DNA from: Octopus sinensis
Taxonomy: Eukaryota
Direction: 5' to 3'
DNA: 64,000 nucleotides
NCBI RefSeq assembly: GCF_006345805.1
Contig: NC_042999.1
Location: forward strand, 78,120,001-78,184,000
Below the pieces are notes generated by a model. That model searched no databases, was not told the DNA's origin, and worked only from the letters and a program-made list of their open reading frames with translations. Below, one piece after another: positions 1 through 13,610 of the stretch (the first letter of the stretch is position 1; each line of letters starts with the position of its first letter). Made by a program: the position numbers and the translations under genes.

Positions 1-477
1 CACTGTATTCGCCATTGAGAATTCATGGAAGAAGTTTTGTGGAAATATGTGGATTTCACAAACGGTCCCCAACAATCCCGCATGTAGAGACATCCTGTTT
101 GCCGCAGACGCAGGGACAGAACGAGTGAGGAGCCACCGGTTGCCGAAACAGACACTCCAAGGATTTTCACCAGAGCCCCGTCCGGTGGGTGAACTGAGCT
201 GTGATGTCCTTCTCCCAACTCCACTTCCCAACTGGCGGAAATGCGTGAGCGGGCAGCTGAAGACCTGGGTTACGTCGATCAAGGAGGACCTCTCCGTACA
301 CACGGGACTGCAGGTGGTTGGCCTGCGTTGATGGAACCGTGATTGGCTCGCTATCTCTAGTGAACTGGCCAGGACCATCATGCGTGGACTGCCATGGTTC
401 GAGATACCTCAAGGATGGTAGAAGAAGCCGACTCAACCCGCCCAGGGTGAATGTCGCCACAAGTACAAGTAAGTAAG
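1..477 (+). mobile_element. 3' end of an RTE-clade LINE (ORF2 C-terminus plus tandem-repeat tail), disrupted
   Basis: Frame 2 reads ...PLPNWRKCVSGQLKTWVTSIKEDL...GLR*WNRDWLAISSELA, typical of the RTE ORF2 C-terminus. It ends in a CAAGTACAAGTAAGTAAG tail (460-477) and is GC- and CpG-rich against AT-rich flanks. Confidence 0.7.
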
Positions 478-826
478 CCACTGTGTGATAATGAAACCAG
501 TAGGTACACATTAAATATAAACACCACTGATAAAATCTATTTGAAAAAAAAATGAAAATAGAAACAGAAAATCGGTTGCCTGATAAAACTTATTGCAGAC
601 TTGCCCTTGACACACTAAATTAAGAAGAAAGATTTAGTAATAACTCAAAAAGCCATCAAGGTTTACTGGGACACTGCATTTTATTTGAAACAGAAACACT
701 GCACTTTCATCTTCTATTCTTGTTTTGATGGAGAATTTCATAAGTTTTGTGGGAATGGGGGAAGCAGGCTTCTAAAAGGAATTAAAACTTGTAGACAAAC
801 CTTTAATTCCTGAACAAATGGCTTAA

Positions 827-1047
827 CTTTTCTGAAACCAAACTGCCAAAGACCACTTTTGGTTTTATGATACAGACTTCCTATTTTAAAGTGATCTAAA
901 TTAAAACTTCCTATTGATATTTCATGGTAATTTATATGTCCCAAACATCAGTTTAATAATGACAAAGTTATTTTATTACATTCATTATTTTCTAAATTAA
1001 TTGAAAGAAAAATAGTGTATTTCAACAGAAATATGGTAACAAAAGAG
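827..1047. mobile_element. piggyBac-type MITE (about 220 bp)
   Basis: TTAA at 823-826 and 1048-1051. Right end GGTAACAAAAGAG and a degenerate left TIR. The internal sequence (TTTTAAAGTGATCTAAATTAA) is shared with the copies at 11674 and 39637. Confidence 0.7.
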
Positions 1048-4000
1048 TTAAATAAGTAAGACAAGTTTATGAGGATATGGTTTTCAACATAATTACCCAA
1101 CCGATTATAGCTATCAAAAATAACAGTCAAGCACTTAAAATTTTATCCAAGTACACCTCACGATCTATTATTGGAATGCTATAATCAACCAAGGCATACT
1201 GGCAAGCAGAACAGGCAGTTAAAATATTCAGAGATACCAAAACATGTCACTTTGGTATTTTCAGTCAATTATAACCAGTAACTGATGATTCATTTTCACT
1301 CTTGCCTCCATACTTGGTTTTAACCTCATTCTTTGAAGTTAACATTTAAGGCATATAATGGGCTATAACACAATTTATATTTTAGACCAGTACACTGAGT
1401 TTGCATTTATTTATATACAATATATCTAGGAATAAAAATTCTCAAGATAAACTTAATATCTTTTAAAAGTATTCTTTGATTTTTTAAAGACATTTTTACC
1501 CAGTGAATTTTTTTTTTTCAGCAAACGTATTAGACAAATATGAAATTTGATTTTAATATAAAAAATATTTATAGTCCCTATTATTTACAATGTGACTAAT
1601 AATTATATAAAATACTTCAATCTGATAGATTTCTATAATTATTTTTAACTTAAAAATCATAAAATGAAAAAAAAATTATATTTGTAACTCATTACGATAA
1701 ATAAATAAATAAATAAGACATTTGTGGAAAGAAACAGTAATAAATCCACTAGGTGAGTTAGTAAGTTGCTTTCATCAGATTACTGTAGTGTGCTGCAGAA
1801 AGTTCAGAAAATCTAAAGATAGATATTTATATTCCATCCAAACTACTCAATCTATACACAGACTTAAAGGATACATATGACATTGAGAATGTGAAGGGCA
1901 ACAAAATCAGAAAGGATCTTCTTATGACAAATTGAGACAAAATTTTACTAACTTACAGAAAATATTTATTGCTATTTAAAAAAGAAAAGTCTAAGTATTG
2001 TAGTTAACAAATATTTTTTAATAGTGCTCAATTTAAAATTTATAACCTGTCTTTCATAACTAATCAATATTAAACCTTCTAAAAACTATTTAGAATAAAA
2101 TATTTTACAAGTATATTCTCATCATACCATCCTATAAAATATCTACTTTATATACCATGTTTATACATAGCAAGTAGTAAACCATCTTAGGATTTTTCCA
2201 ACTAGTAAGCTATTACTGCAAAGGCTAGTTCTCCAGCAGTTACCAACAGAAAAGCTAGTAATGTTTCCCTATTTATTTAGTTATCTACAGCATGACACCT
2301 ACATAGTACTGGCACGTGTATACAACATTTCTCAAATTTTCTCAAAAGATAAAATTTTCTTAAGTATTCTTCATTTCTCTTTTTAAACTATTTTCTGGGA
2401 ATGGCTTTCCCATCATATTACAATTTAACCTTGATAGAATATTTTTATTTTCTTTAAAAATAACTACTTTTCATCATTGATAAAGAGAAAAGAACCAAAA
2501 TTATACGATATTAAAAAGTTAGGCTAGTAAATGTTATAAACCAAAAGAAGCCGACCAGCAAAAAATCAAATTTAGTATGTCTGAGATGTTAGTGAACATT
2601 CAGTGCAAGGTTTACTTTAGGTTATTTAAAGTGGCATAAATGTTCATTACCACCACCATTTTAGCATTTGTTTTATTAAGACAATAGCCACTTATCTTCA
2701 TCCTTCAACTACCTGTAATGACCAACATTCTGAGATGTGAGCTTTTCAATTTCTCCAGTAAATACCTTCCACATAAGCAAGCACACCACACCTTAATCCA
2801 ATACTTATTGAGCAATTACCTCACACATGTTTCTGCCCTCATTCTTGATCTTTCTCTCTCTCTCTCTGGCCGGGTAACCATGTACCTCTTCTAAAACAAG
2901 ACCCCCGTTTCTATCTTCTTACTAAAGAAACATTTTAATCATTAATTTGTAGTACTTGGAAACAGGAGACATTCACAATAATAGCAATCTGTCTAATATA
3001 GAGTCAACAAGTTTCAGACACAGCAGTCAAGAAACACAAGCTGTACAAAATACAGTTCATCATGTGGTCAAGATCACCACAGATTGGGAGCTGAAGATCA
3101 TTTACATCATGAGGTATAAAGGCTAAAAGTATAACCACACTAACATTAGCACAACAATGCCCACTCATATGCCACAAGAGAAAATAGTAACCTTTAAATC
3201 CAAGCTACAATTAAATAAAGAATTAACACTATTCACAAGATTCAACAAAGATTCAGGCCATTTAGAATTCTGTCAACACTGGAGAACCAAGAACTGGTAA
3301 TGAAAAAATCTTTTGCTGTTTAGTGGCTGATATGATTTGAAAGCTATGAGGCAGCTACCCATCAGCAGACCAGATCATGATAAATATGGAAGAAGAATGC
3401 CTACCACAGAAAACAAGATGCATACTGGCACAATTGTGCTTTTGTTTTTGGTCCTTACTTTAAAAACTAACATAGTTGAAGTGATCCAGAAATTGTTAAC
3501 ATAAGTTTAGATTGCAATGGCATTTCATATGATATCCACTATCGCTTCCACTGTACAAACTAATCCTATTCATCTAAATATGCTGGACCAATGAAACAAC
3601 CCCAGTTAAGCAGCAGAAAAACTTCAATTTGAATGACAACATTTGGTTCAAGGAAAATTCTATCTGAACAGTTCACAGACTTCATTTTTTAGTGTCACTA
3701 CTGCTAACTACTCATACATCTGTTGTATTTATTAATACCCAAGAGTTCTCACTCTAACTATACATAGTCATAAACAGCCTCATGTACACAATAACTTCCT
3801 ACCTACTCCCTTCTTATATATTAAGCCAGGTTCCTTCCTATATAGCAAAAAAAAAATCTAAATTTGGAACCTTATCTCTGCAGCTTTTGAAGAGATTTTG
3901 TAATGAGAACCACATGATCAATATAAAAGTTTCCAAAGACATTTACCTAATCCTGAATCCCTGAAGTATTACCTAAAGAACTAGAATTAGACTAAGAACA

Positions 4001-5348
4001 GAGTCCTGATAAACATCACACACATATAATAAATTCTTCAATGAATTTACAGCCAATCCTGACAGAGCTTGTCATTAATTCTTGAAGTTGCCTACATAAG
4101 GCCTCAAAACTTTTTATTTCTTTTAATATAGTCTAAGAAAGACTAGAAAGGAGGAGGGAATCAAATCTGAAAATGCAGATTCTCACAGAATATACGAAAT
4201 GGAACTAAAACACTGCATTATACACCCACTCAATGCAGCATGGCTAAACAAGATGAGGATAAATAATCTGGTAATATCTTTTTTTTATTCACATACACAA
4301 AGAGTAGTAGTCGGAGTGGCAGCAATATAAAAATGGGAAAATAAAATTATACCAAAATAGAAAACAGTATACAAACAAATATTAATAGTTGATTAGTACT
4401 TATTGACTCTGGAAAGATGAAAAGCAAATTAAACCTCAGCGAAATATGAATACAGAACATTAAATATTAATAAGGTATTTTGTTTGGTGCTTTACAAGGT
4501 CTGGAAATCCATCACTTCAATGTAAATCCATCACAAGAAAAGAAACTGCTGTTTTAATGATAAAGAGAATAGAAAACAAAGAAGTATTGACTAATAGTCA
4601 CAAAGATGAAAATGAAATGGATTTCTCTGAAAATAATTTTATAACATAATTTGAGCCTCAAATCTTGTCAGATGATATCCCTAATTATTCCTAATTCATA
4701 TCCAACTGTCTTTAAAAAAACAGCACATAAATAAAATAGACCTAGATATAATATGTAAAACTTAAAAGGAAGTAAAAAAGAAAATGGTTACCAATGGATT
4801 ACCTTTGACCATGTGTCTCATTTCCATGAAAAGCAACCTCTCTACGCTAAATACCAACCTACTACCCTCCTCATTTATCTCAAAGAGAATAAAATATAAA
4901 CAAACACTCAAGTGAATCAGCTCTATTAGAGATGTCTACTTTCCTATGTCATGCACCAATAGTCTCTTTCTTGATAATCATGGCAAAACAAATACTGTTG
5001 CTCTTGACATCAATGTAATTTTTTTTCTACTTTGCCTGACTTGAGAAATGCCTTGTAATGTTACCCACTTAGTGTCAATCAATCTTAAATAATGAAAGAA
5101 TTTCAACTTGGTTACTGAGTCTATTAGCAACAATAGCCAAATCCCCGTCAATCTTAAAAAAGAGCATGTTGGATAATGTGGTTCTGGATTTCTTGCACAT
5201 AGTTAAATGATGAAGTGGTCACAGCTGGAATGCCTTTGATCATTGGCCTACTTGATTAGGATTGATCAAGGTTAAACAAAAAGAACTATTTCAGATTGGA
5301 AAAATCCCTGATAGACTGTGCCAGCAAAGCAGATTCCCCCTACCCCAG

Positions 5349-5680
5349 TGTTGTGAGAATGCAATGAACAGTGTGCATGCATGTTTATGTTGTTTGTGTA
5401 TAAATGTTTATACGAAAATATACATGCTGTTCATCTATGTATTTTTTAGATGTAACTATTTTGGCTAGCTTTTCATTACCAAACTGCATCATGTTGTTGC
5501 CGTCAACTCATTCTCAATTCACTGGTGAAAATTATTATTTGTCTACCGTATTTGTCAAAGAAGTTGAATAAAGCCTCATTTCCAATACAGCAATTCTGTT
5601 CTCCTTACAAATGCACGTCAGTCTGAAATTGTCTGTTCTGTATTCTGGTATTTACATTTTAATTTATTCAACTTCTTTCA
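5349..5680 (+). repeat. 5' LTR
   Basis: Starts TG, contains AATAAA, and is about 91% identical to 8645-8954 by manual alignment. The exact 3' end (5680 vs 5684) is uncertain. Confidence 0.9.
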
Positions 5681-5683
5681 AAC

Positions 5684-6500
5684 ATGGATCGATTTCTATG
5701 TCCAGAATGATTTGATGCAGATCCTAATTCGATAAATGCAGCTAAACATTGGAATCACTGGCACAGGATCTTCATCAACTTTTTTAATACTTTAGAATAG
5801 CATCAACCAGATAAACTGAATACACTTATCAACTATATTCCTCCATCTGTGTACAAATATGTAGCTGATTGCTTTTCATATGACGATGCCATAGAAATAT
5901 TACAGAATCTCTACATGAAGCCCATGAATGAAATTTTTGCAAGACATCTACTAGATACACATAAACAAGAATGCAGTCAAAGTCTCGATGAATTTTTGCA
6001 AAGACTCAAATCATTAGCCAAGGATTGTAATTTTCAATCAGTTTCCACTGAGAAGTATAGAGAAGAATCTATCCAAGACGCTTTCATCACCAGATTGCAA
6101 TCTAATGATATTCGACAAAGGCTTCTCGAAAAGAAAATACTTGATCTTCATTCAAACAGCTTATGATGAAGCCAGATCACTTGAAATGGCCTGTACCTAC
6201 TCAAAATCTTACCATTTATCACCTCAATGAGTCTACAATTGTGCAACATCGGATAATCTAACCACGGATGTGGACGAAACTATGGTAGCTGCCATGAACA
6301 GTAACAGTAAATGCTATTTTTGCGGGAATAACCATCATCCTCGCTACAAGTGTCCTACTAAGGAGGCCACATGTAAAAACTGTAACAAGAGAGGTAATTT
6401 CTTCAAAGTATGCCAGTCAAAAAACAAACATGTTACTTCTTCACTGTGTTCTGGACAGAATCTCGCAGCCACCTCCTCTGCACTTTAGCTTACATTTCTA
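5684..6500 (+). pseudogene. Gypsy gag pseudogene
   Basis: MDRFLCPE*FDADPNS...KHWNHW; ARHLL...Q...SLDEFLQRLKSLAKDCNF; Zn knuckles CYFCGNNHHPRYKC and CKNCNKRGNFFKVC. Contains stops and frameshifts. Confidence 0.9.
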
Positions 6501-6519
6501 TTATCTGCTTCTGCTCCAC

Positions 6520-8566
6520 GGTGTCTGACTAATACTGTCATCAAAATAGATATCAATGGAGTAACACTTTCAGCTCTAATTGATACCGGAAGTTCTGAGA
6601 ACTATATCAACTCAAATGTTGTTCATCACAACAAGTGACTGGTTTTCAGATCAACGAAAGTAATAAACATGGCCACAATTAATCTATCAAAATCTACAGG
6701 TCATTGCAAGGTTATGATGAACTTAGGAAGAAAACATTATAGCAGTGTGCACCTGTCACTACTATCGGACCTGTGTGCAGATGTCTTGTTGGGCCATGCT
6801 TTTCTTAAGCAACACGAAAGAGTCCATATCTCATTTCCAGGTAAAAGACCCCTTTTGTCACTCTGTGGCCTCACTCCTGTAAGTATAGAAGCACCACTCT
6901 TGTTCTCAACCCTTGCAACAGACTGTAAGCCAATTGCAACTAAGTCTCATCATTATACAAAAATGGATGAACAATTTATAAATCAAGAAATTCAAAAGCT
7001 TTTGGAAGATGGCATCACAGAGCCCTCAAATTCACCATGGCAAGCCCAAGTTCTCATTATCACTAACGAGCATCATAAAGAGACACCTATCTCCAGCCGA
7101 GAATTGGGAAAATAATTGAAGATATCACAACCAACGAAATCTACAGCACTCTCGATCTTCAAAGTGGTACCATCAAATCCCAATCAAGGAACATGAGAAA
7201 ATGTATACAGCATTCGAAGCTTGTGGCCAGTTATACCAGATTTGTTGTATACCCTTTGGAGTAACCAATGGAGTTGCATGTTTTCAAAGAGTAATGGATT
7301 CAATCATTAGAGAAGAGAAGCTCACGGGAACCTATGCATACATAGACAAAATACAAAGGTGGAAGATAGAACTCTCCTGTTTTAGCTATGAAACTGTTTA
7401 CCGACCTGGGACAGAAAACAAGGGACCCAACTGTTTGTCTCATGCTTATTGCACAGCATCATTATTGGTAGATCTGAAAAGGTTACATGAAACATTAAGT
7501 CATTCAGGTGTTATGAGAATGTTTCATTTTGTCAAATCAAAAAGACTCCTGTTTTCAATGGAAGATGTTAAGACGAAGCCATCTAACTGTAAAAACCAGC
7601 ATTTTTCAAGCCTCCCCATTATCATCTGATCAAGGCTACTCAACCATTTGAGAGACTCAGTTTGGATTTCAAGGGTCCTCTACCATCAGCACACTTAACA
7701 AATACCTGCTAACTATTGTTGACGAATACTCAAGTTTCCCGTTTGCATTTGCCTGTACTGATACTTCTGCCTCTACCATCATTTGTTGCCTCTCTCAACT
7801 GTTTGCTATTTTTGGAATGCTATCATACACCCACAGTGATAGAGGACTTGCATTTATGACAGAGGAATTGAGATCTTTCCTACTACAGAAAGGAGCAGCA
7901 ACAAGTCACACAACTCCATACAATCTTCATTGCAATGGTCAGGTGGAGAGACTGAATGGTACGCTTTGGAAAGCCATTACCCTATCACTCAAATCCCGTG
8001 CTTTGCCAATCAGTCATTGGGAGCAAGTACTTACAGACGCTCGGCGCTCTATCAGATCGCTGCTCTGCACAGCTACAAATGAAACTCCACACAAACGCCT
8101 ATTTTCCTACAACCGCAAATCTACAATGGGAACAACACTGCCCAACTGGCTTCTGATTCCCGGGCCTGTGTACTTCAAAAGGAATGTCAGATCATCCAAG
8201 TATGACTCCCTGGTTGAAGTAGAACTTTTAGACTGTAACCCTCAATATGCACGTGTACATTTATCTGATGGACGGGAAACAAGTGTGTCACTGAGACAGC
8301 TGGCTCCAATCCCCAAGGCTTTGACCAATCAACAAAATCATGAAGAGATTGTGCTATCTGACGAAACTCCTAACACATGTACTTTGAAACTACAAACTAC
8401 GAAATCACCTGAAAGTAATGAGGTAAACATTGAACATACTTCCCAAGATACTCCAGAGACTGATAATATTAATCAATGTGTTGAGCAGCAGGAACAACAG
8501 ACACCTCATGAACAGCATGTTCGGAAAAAAAGAATCTATCAGTTACTTCAGAACCAGACTGTATAA
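6520..8566 (+). pseudogene. Gypsy pol pseudogene (protease, truncated RT, RNase H end, integrase)
   Basis: ALIDTGSSENYI protease motif (6573-6608); EPSNSPWQAQV; PFGVTNGVACFQRVMD; YAYID; RH end KIQRWKIELSCFSY; integrase VDEYSSFPFAF, HSDRGLAF, NGQVERLN. Confidence 0.92.
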
Positions 8567-8644
8567 TCTATGCAGTAGAAAAGTTTGAAACATTCTGTGC
8601 CTATCCATTCAACCCCCGGACTGCTGTTTTCTAGTGGGGGAGAA

Positions 8645-8954
8645 TGTTGTGAGAATGCAATGAACTGTGTGCATGCATGTTTATGTTGTTTGCATATAAA
8701 TGATTATACAAAAATATACATGCTGTTCATCTATGTATTTTTTATGCGTAACTATTTTGGCTAGCTTTTCATTACCAAACTGCATCATGTCGCTGTCCTT
8801 AACTCATTCTCATCTTGCTGATGAAAATTATTATTTGTCTACCGTATCTGTCGAAGAAGTTGAATAAAGCCTTATTTCCAATACGGCTATTCTGTTCTTA
8901 CAAACGCTCTTCAGTCTGAAATTGTCCGTTCTGTATTCTGGTATTTACCTTTCA
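8645..8954 (+). repeat. 3' LTR
   Basis: Direct repeat of 5349-5680, preceded by the polypurine tract TAGTGGGGGAGAA. Confidence 0.9.
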
Positions 8955-8999
8955 ACCAGGACATTTTACCAAATCTGGTCTGTCTCAAAATTGACTTAT

Positions 9000-9760
9000 G
9001 TCTCCCTCACTTTGTTCCGATCATTAACATCACCCTTCATATCATTCTGCCTTAAACTTTAACACATGGGTTTCATCTATATGCAGACTTGCACTATTAT
9101 GTAACATAGTGTAAGGAGGATGGAACAAGGAGGAAGGCATGGAGTGAGTTGGCAAGGGATTCTTTGCCACCCAGCCAGAATAATCTTTTCTCTTTGTTTT
9201 GGATGCAATCTACAATGTTTGTATAACAGTTGCACTATCTCAAACATATACAATACTCCAAAATGGTCAACACTTAGGTTTTTACTACTGCAAATCAACA
9301 ATTGTTCAGGCTTGGAGTAATTTCAAACTTTAAAGAAGAAGCCCAGCTTTTTGGATGCAGTTTTGGTTTTGTAGATATGTGGTTGTTATGAAAGATCAAG
9401 AGACTGTATGACCTAACATTTGTTGCAAGTTTGAAGAGTTAATTTTGTGCTTGACTGTTTCCTTGATGTATGTTGTGTACTATGGTGCAAATGTTATGAT
9501 CCTGTTGAAGAATGTTTTCAAGATCTTCATTCCTAATAGTACAAGACTGATTTTAAATATGAAGATTGCTTACAGATGAAACCCAGATGTGAAGTTTAAG
9601 GTGGAATTGTGCGAAGGATGATGTTAATAGTGTGTAGGAGGCATAAGTGAATTTTGAGGTACACTAGATATGGTAGCATGTTGCAGAGTACCCCTATAAA
9701 ATACTCAACCATCATCACAAAAATGGCTTTGATGGGGGCAATCACCCAAGGATTTTTCCA
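9000..9760 (-). mobile_element. Highly degenerate non-LTR (CR1/Jockey-like) RT fragment
   Basis: Minus-strand remnants ISSVPQNSLMPPT (9633-9671, resembles INSGVPQGSVL.P) and KTASKKLGFFF...PEQLL (about 9300-9365), with many frameshifts. Confidence 0.5.
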
Positions 9761-11673
9761 ATCCATGAAATAGTTGATTTGGCTTAACCCCGATCAAGCC
9801 AACTGATGATCTGAAGCATTCCAGCTGAGACCACTCCATCATTTTCCTATGCACAAAAAGATCCAAGGAGACATTACCCAACATTCCTAATTTTATTGCT
9901 TCAATACCACAATCAACTAAATACACTCAATGTATTCAATTCTCATGTCCACTATATTTCACTTCAACAAATTACACCTAATACTTTATCATCAGAATTG
10001 TAATTCTGAAAATCCCTTCTTGCCCACATTTTCCCCACAGATATTGACATGCAGAGATTTGAGTTGAACATCAACTGTATCAACAGCATAAGTCTGAGTA
10101 GGACTTCTCTTTGCTTAAATAAATATTTTGGTCCATCTGCATTGTTTGCCAATTGTTGAGTATTGTTCTTGAAATGTTTCTAAACAGAATTGAAAAATTG
10201 TTAAATGCTTAACAAATTTGATCATTAGGATCAAGAGGTTTCCTGTATATTAATGCAAGACAGCACAGTGCAACTGAATCAAGAAGTTAGCTTGTTGAAA
10301 GTCTTAACATAGCAGCCACTGATTTTCCAGTTGCTTAGCAACAATAAAAGGAAAATGTAAATAATTAGATTTGTGCAAGAAGGAATATTCTGTAATTACA
10401 TCACAGAAATGTTAATGCTATGTAAACAAAATACAGTGATCAATTAGATAATTACAGCATAATCTTAATACTTTTTTTTTTTTATATTTTATATTCCCTT
10501 TTTCAACATATCTCACTCAGTCTGTTTCCCTTACATTTTAAACTTCAAATATGAAAACTCATTTTTGTTTTTTATCTAGAAATACTTAAAATATCAGCAA
10601 CTTCAATTGCAAACCTATATGAATACTTAGATCTTAAAAAGAAATGCAAATTATCATTACTGAAGGATTAAATAAAACTAACTTAGCTTTGTTGGCTATA
10701 TAAATATACAAGCAGTACATTTCTTATATTTATTTGCAGACAATTCTATAAATAAAATAAAATGACAAGTGTGAGTTGATTTTCATACAAATCAAGATTT
10801 GTAGGAAAACATTTAATTTATTGGACTTTTCTCAATGAAGGTAAAAAGATTCAGATTTATAAAAAGCTAAATCTGGAATGATTATAAATAATGTTTATTG
10901 CTCACAGGAAAAACAAATTGGATTGAATTTATTCTTTATGGTTAAAGTCATATCTCTTTTTTTTTTCTTTATATCAGTTGACAATTCACAACTACAGATT
11001 GTTGTAGATCATTATTAAAGAGGTAGCTTTTGGTGTGCACAGTTCCAGATTGGAGGCACAAGAAAAAACAAACAGCACTTCCAGTGAGTGATAAAACATG
11101 TTTAGAGAATCAAGAAATCTACTGTTATCTTATTTTTTGTATTTGCCAAACAAAAATCAATTTTGTTCAGTATTTCTTTTAGTTTCTATCCACATATATG
11201 AGTGACTGCTTCCACATAAATGTGTGTATGGTGCACATATGTATTCCACATTGTGTATATCTGTGTGGAATGTGAGGAATTATTGAGAAGAATATAAGGA
11301 ATGCTATCAATGAGTAGATATAATAAAAATGAACACAGTTAATGCGTAAACTGAGAGTGAGGTTGCAGTCAGGAATTGATTTTTAAGGCATGAACTTTTA
11401 TTTCTATGTTGTACTACCTTACCTTTCATTTTGTTGTATCTTACTCACCCCTAACATGTCAGAAATGCATTCAAAAATATTCAAAAGGCTCGAGTTGGTG
11501 GACAGATTAACAATTTATCATGAGCAAGAAATAGTCATTTAGAACTAGTCTTAGCTAAAAAGAAGCCAGAGAAACTTTGAGAGAAGCAAGGAAAAAATGT
11601 TTTCAAATACTTGGAACAAGCCAAATCTAATTTTAGATTTCATGAACATTGTTCAAGAAGGGTCATTTTTTAA

Positions 11674-11887
11674 TCTTTTTTATTACCATATTTCTACTGA
11701 AACACACTGCTTCTACTTCAATTAATTTTTAAAATAATGAAGAATTTATTTAAATAACTCATTATTAGGCTAGTGTATGGAACATAAATTAACATGAAAT
11801 GTAGATGGAAGTTTTTGAATTTAGATCACTTTAAAACAAGAAGATTGCATCACAGAACCAGTTTCAGGTAGGTTGGTATCAAAAGGG
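11674..11887. mobile_element. piggyBac-type MITE (214 bp)
   Basis: TTAA at 11670-11673 and 11888-11891. Right TIR GGTATCAAAAGGG. It is a reverse-complement homolog of 827-1047. Confidence 0.75.
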
Positions 11888-13069
11888 TTAAATGTTCTGG
11901 AGGAATCACTGCAAATTCTAGATCATATCTTTAAGAGTAAAAGTTTCTTTACACAAGTGGTGTTAGAAATCTGATAGTTGCAGCATGTTTTAATAGCAAT
12001 GGGTAAAAGAAATGGTATGCTGAGATTTTATTGAGAGAACAACTGTAAATTGCACTATTTATCTAAGAAAAACACTATTTCACTGACCTAGGTACAAAAC
12101 CATATTTCATAGGAGGAAAGATTACAGTCAACTAAACCAAAGCTGGGAAAGTACTAGGGTATCAGCCCCAGAGGGACCAGGCGAAAATAAATCTTAACAG
12201 AATTTAAAGACAGCAGTGAAACAAAAAAATAACTATTTATGCCAACTCAACTTTTTATCTAATTATATAAATAATTTTCAGCACTTTGAGCATGAACTTA
12301 CTAAAACAATCCTTAAACTTGTTTATTATGCCTTAAAAAATGGCTCTAGATATCTTGATGTCTTGAATATCAGAGATTCACAATCTGCAGAACCCCACCT
12401 CCACATAAATCATAATATACTCGAGTCTGAAATCCTTATTACTTCACTTTCTGAAAATTTAAAGTGTTATTTCCATTTCAATTAAGGATGATGAATATGA
12501 AATTGGAAATAAAATATTATATCTATACAATCCAAACATGAAAAAAATTATTTCAGTTGAACATCTCCAAACTCTAATGAGCTCATAATTTAAAAAGAAA
12601 AGTTATGTAATTTTTCTTTTTAACTAAAAAAGAAATTGGCAGGTCTTTGGTATCTGATACTCAAAATACAAATATTGAAACTTTTTTCTTTTCTTATAGG
12701 TGTTGGGGGAGGCCAATAATGAATAACAGCCAATTTTTCTACAAAGTCACTTCACTCATTATATGTAACAATCAAACTAGTCTTTTCATAACAAAGACTT
12801 ACTGTTTATCAAAAAAAAAAAAATCTAATTAGCAAACTTATAAACTATGTACTTTCATAAAATAAAGATTTACATAAGCAGAGCTCACTAGGTTGTGCTG
12901 CAAAGCAGCTATTTAAATAACTGTTTCTAAAAGGTATTTTGAGAGTGGGAGAGCATGTTGATCACATTTTGAAAGGAGGGGATCAACTGAATCAATGTAA
13001 TTCTAAAAGAACCACCACATATGAAATGGTCATAGCAGGGGGGGGGGCTTTTGAACATTCTTGTGCACT

Positions 13070-13610
13070 ATCAAGATTGATCTGGGACTAACAACAATTT
13101 ATACTGCTATATCTCTCACCATCACTTGCTACAGTCAGCTCCTCCCCATTGCGAATTATCTCTCTTTACACTTATGAAACATCCCCCTTTATCACCCCCT
13201 GCTCACTCACCCTGTCCAATTCTCTGTACCACTTATATTCACCACCACCACCACCCCATACTTTGAGGGTATGCCCTCCCAAATACATCACCACCACCAT
13301 CTCTTTCTTTGTCTTTATATCTCTTCTCCTTTCTTTTCCAACTGGGATAGCCAAGTATCTCCTATACAGCAAGGCACCTATCTATATCTACTATACTTTA
13401 ACCTCTCAACTAGGACAAAGCCACCTCCCACAATACTACTCTCTCCTTCCCTAGTTGAGGGGTCTTTGTCTTGCAAGGTGCTACATAAAAAGCACTTACT
13501 ACATGCTGGTTTGTGTTAGGAAGTGCATCCAATCATAGAAACCATGCCACCGGCTCCTGTTCAACTGTCCAACTCATGCCAACATGGAAAATGGATGTTA
13601 AATGACATAA
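13070..13610 (+). repeat. RTE-LINE 3'UTR-derived repeat (CT-rich segment plus tail)
   Basis: Pyrimidine-rich block followed by the shared tail ...GTTAGGAAG.GCATCCA...CATGCCAACATGGAAAATGGATGTTAAATGA. Confidence 0.55.

Larger units (their letters stand above)
5349..8954 (+). mobile_element. Gypsy/Ty3 LTR retrotransposon, both LTRs present, defective
   Basis: Two ~310-330 bp direct repeats begin TGTTGTGAGAATGC. PPT at 8632-8644. gag-PR-RT-(RH)-INT order. Candidate TSD CCCAG (5344-5348) / ACCAG (8955-8959). Confidence 0.95.
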
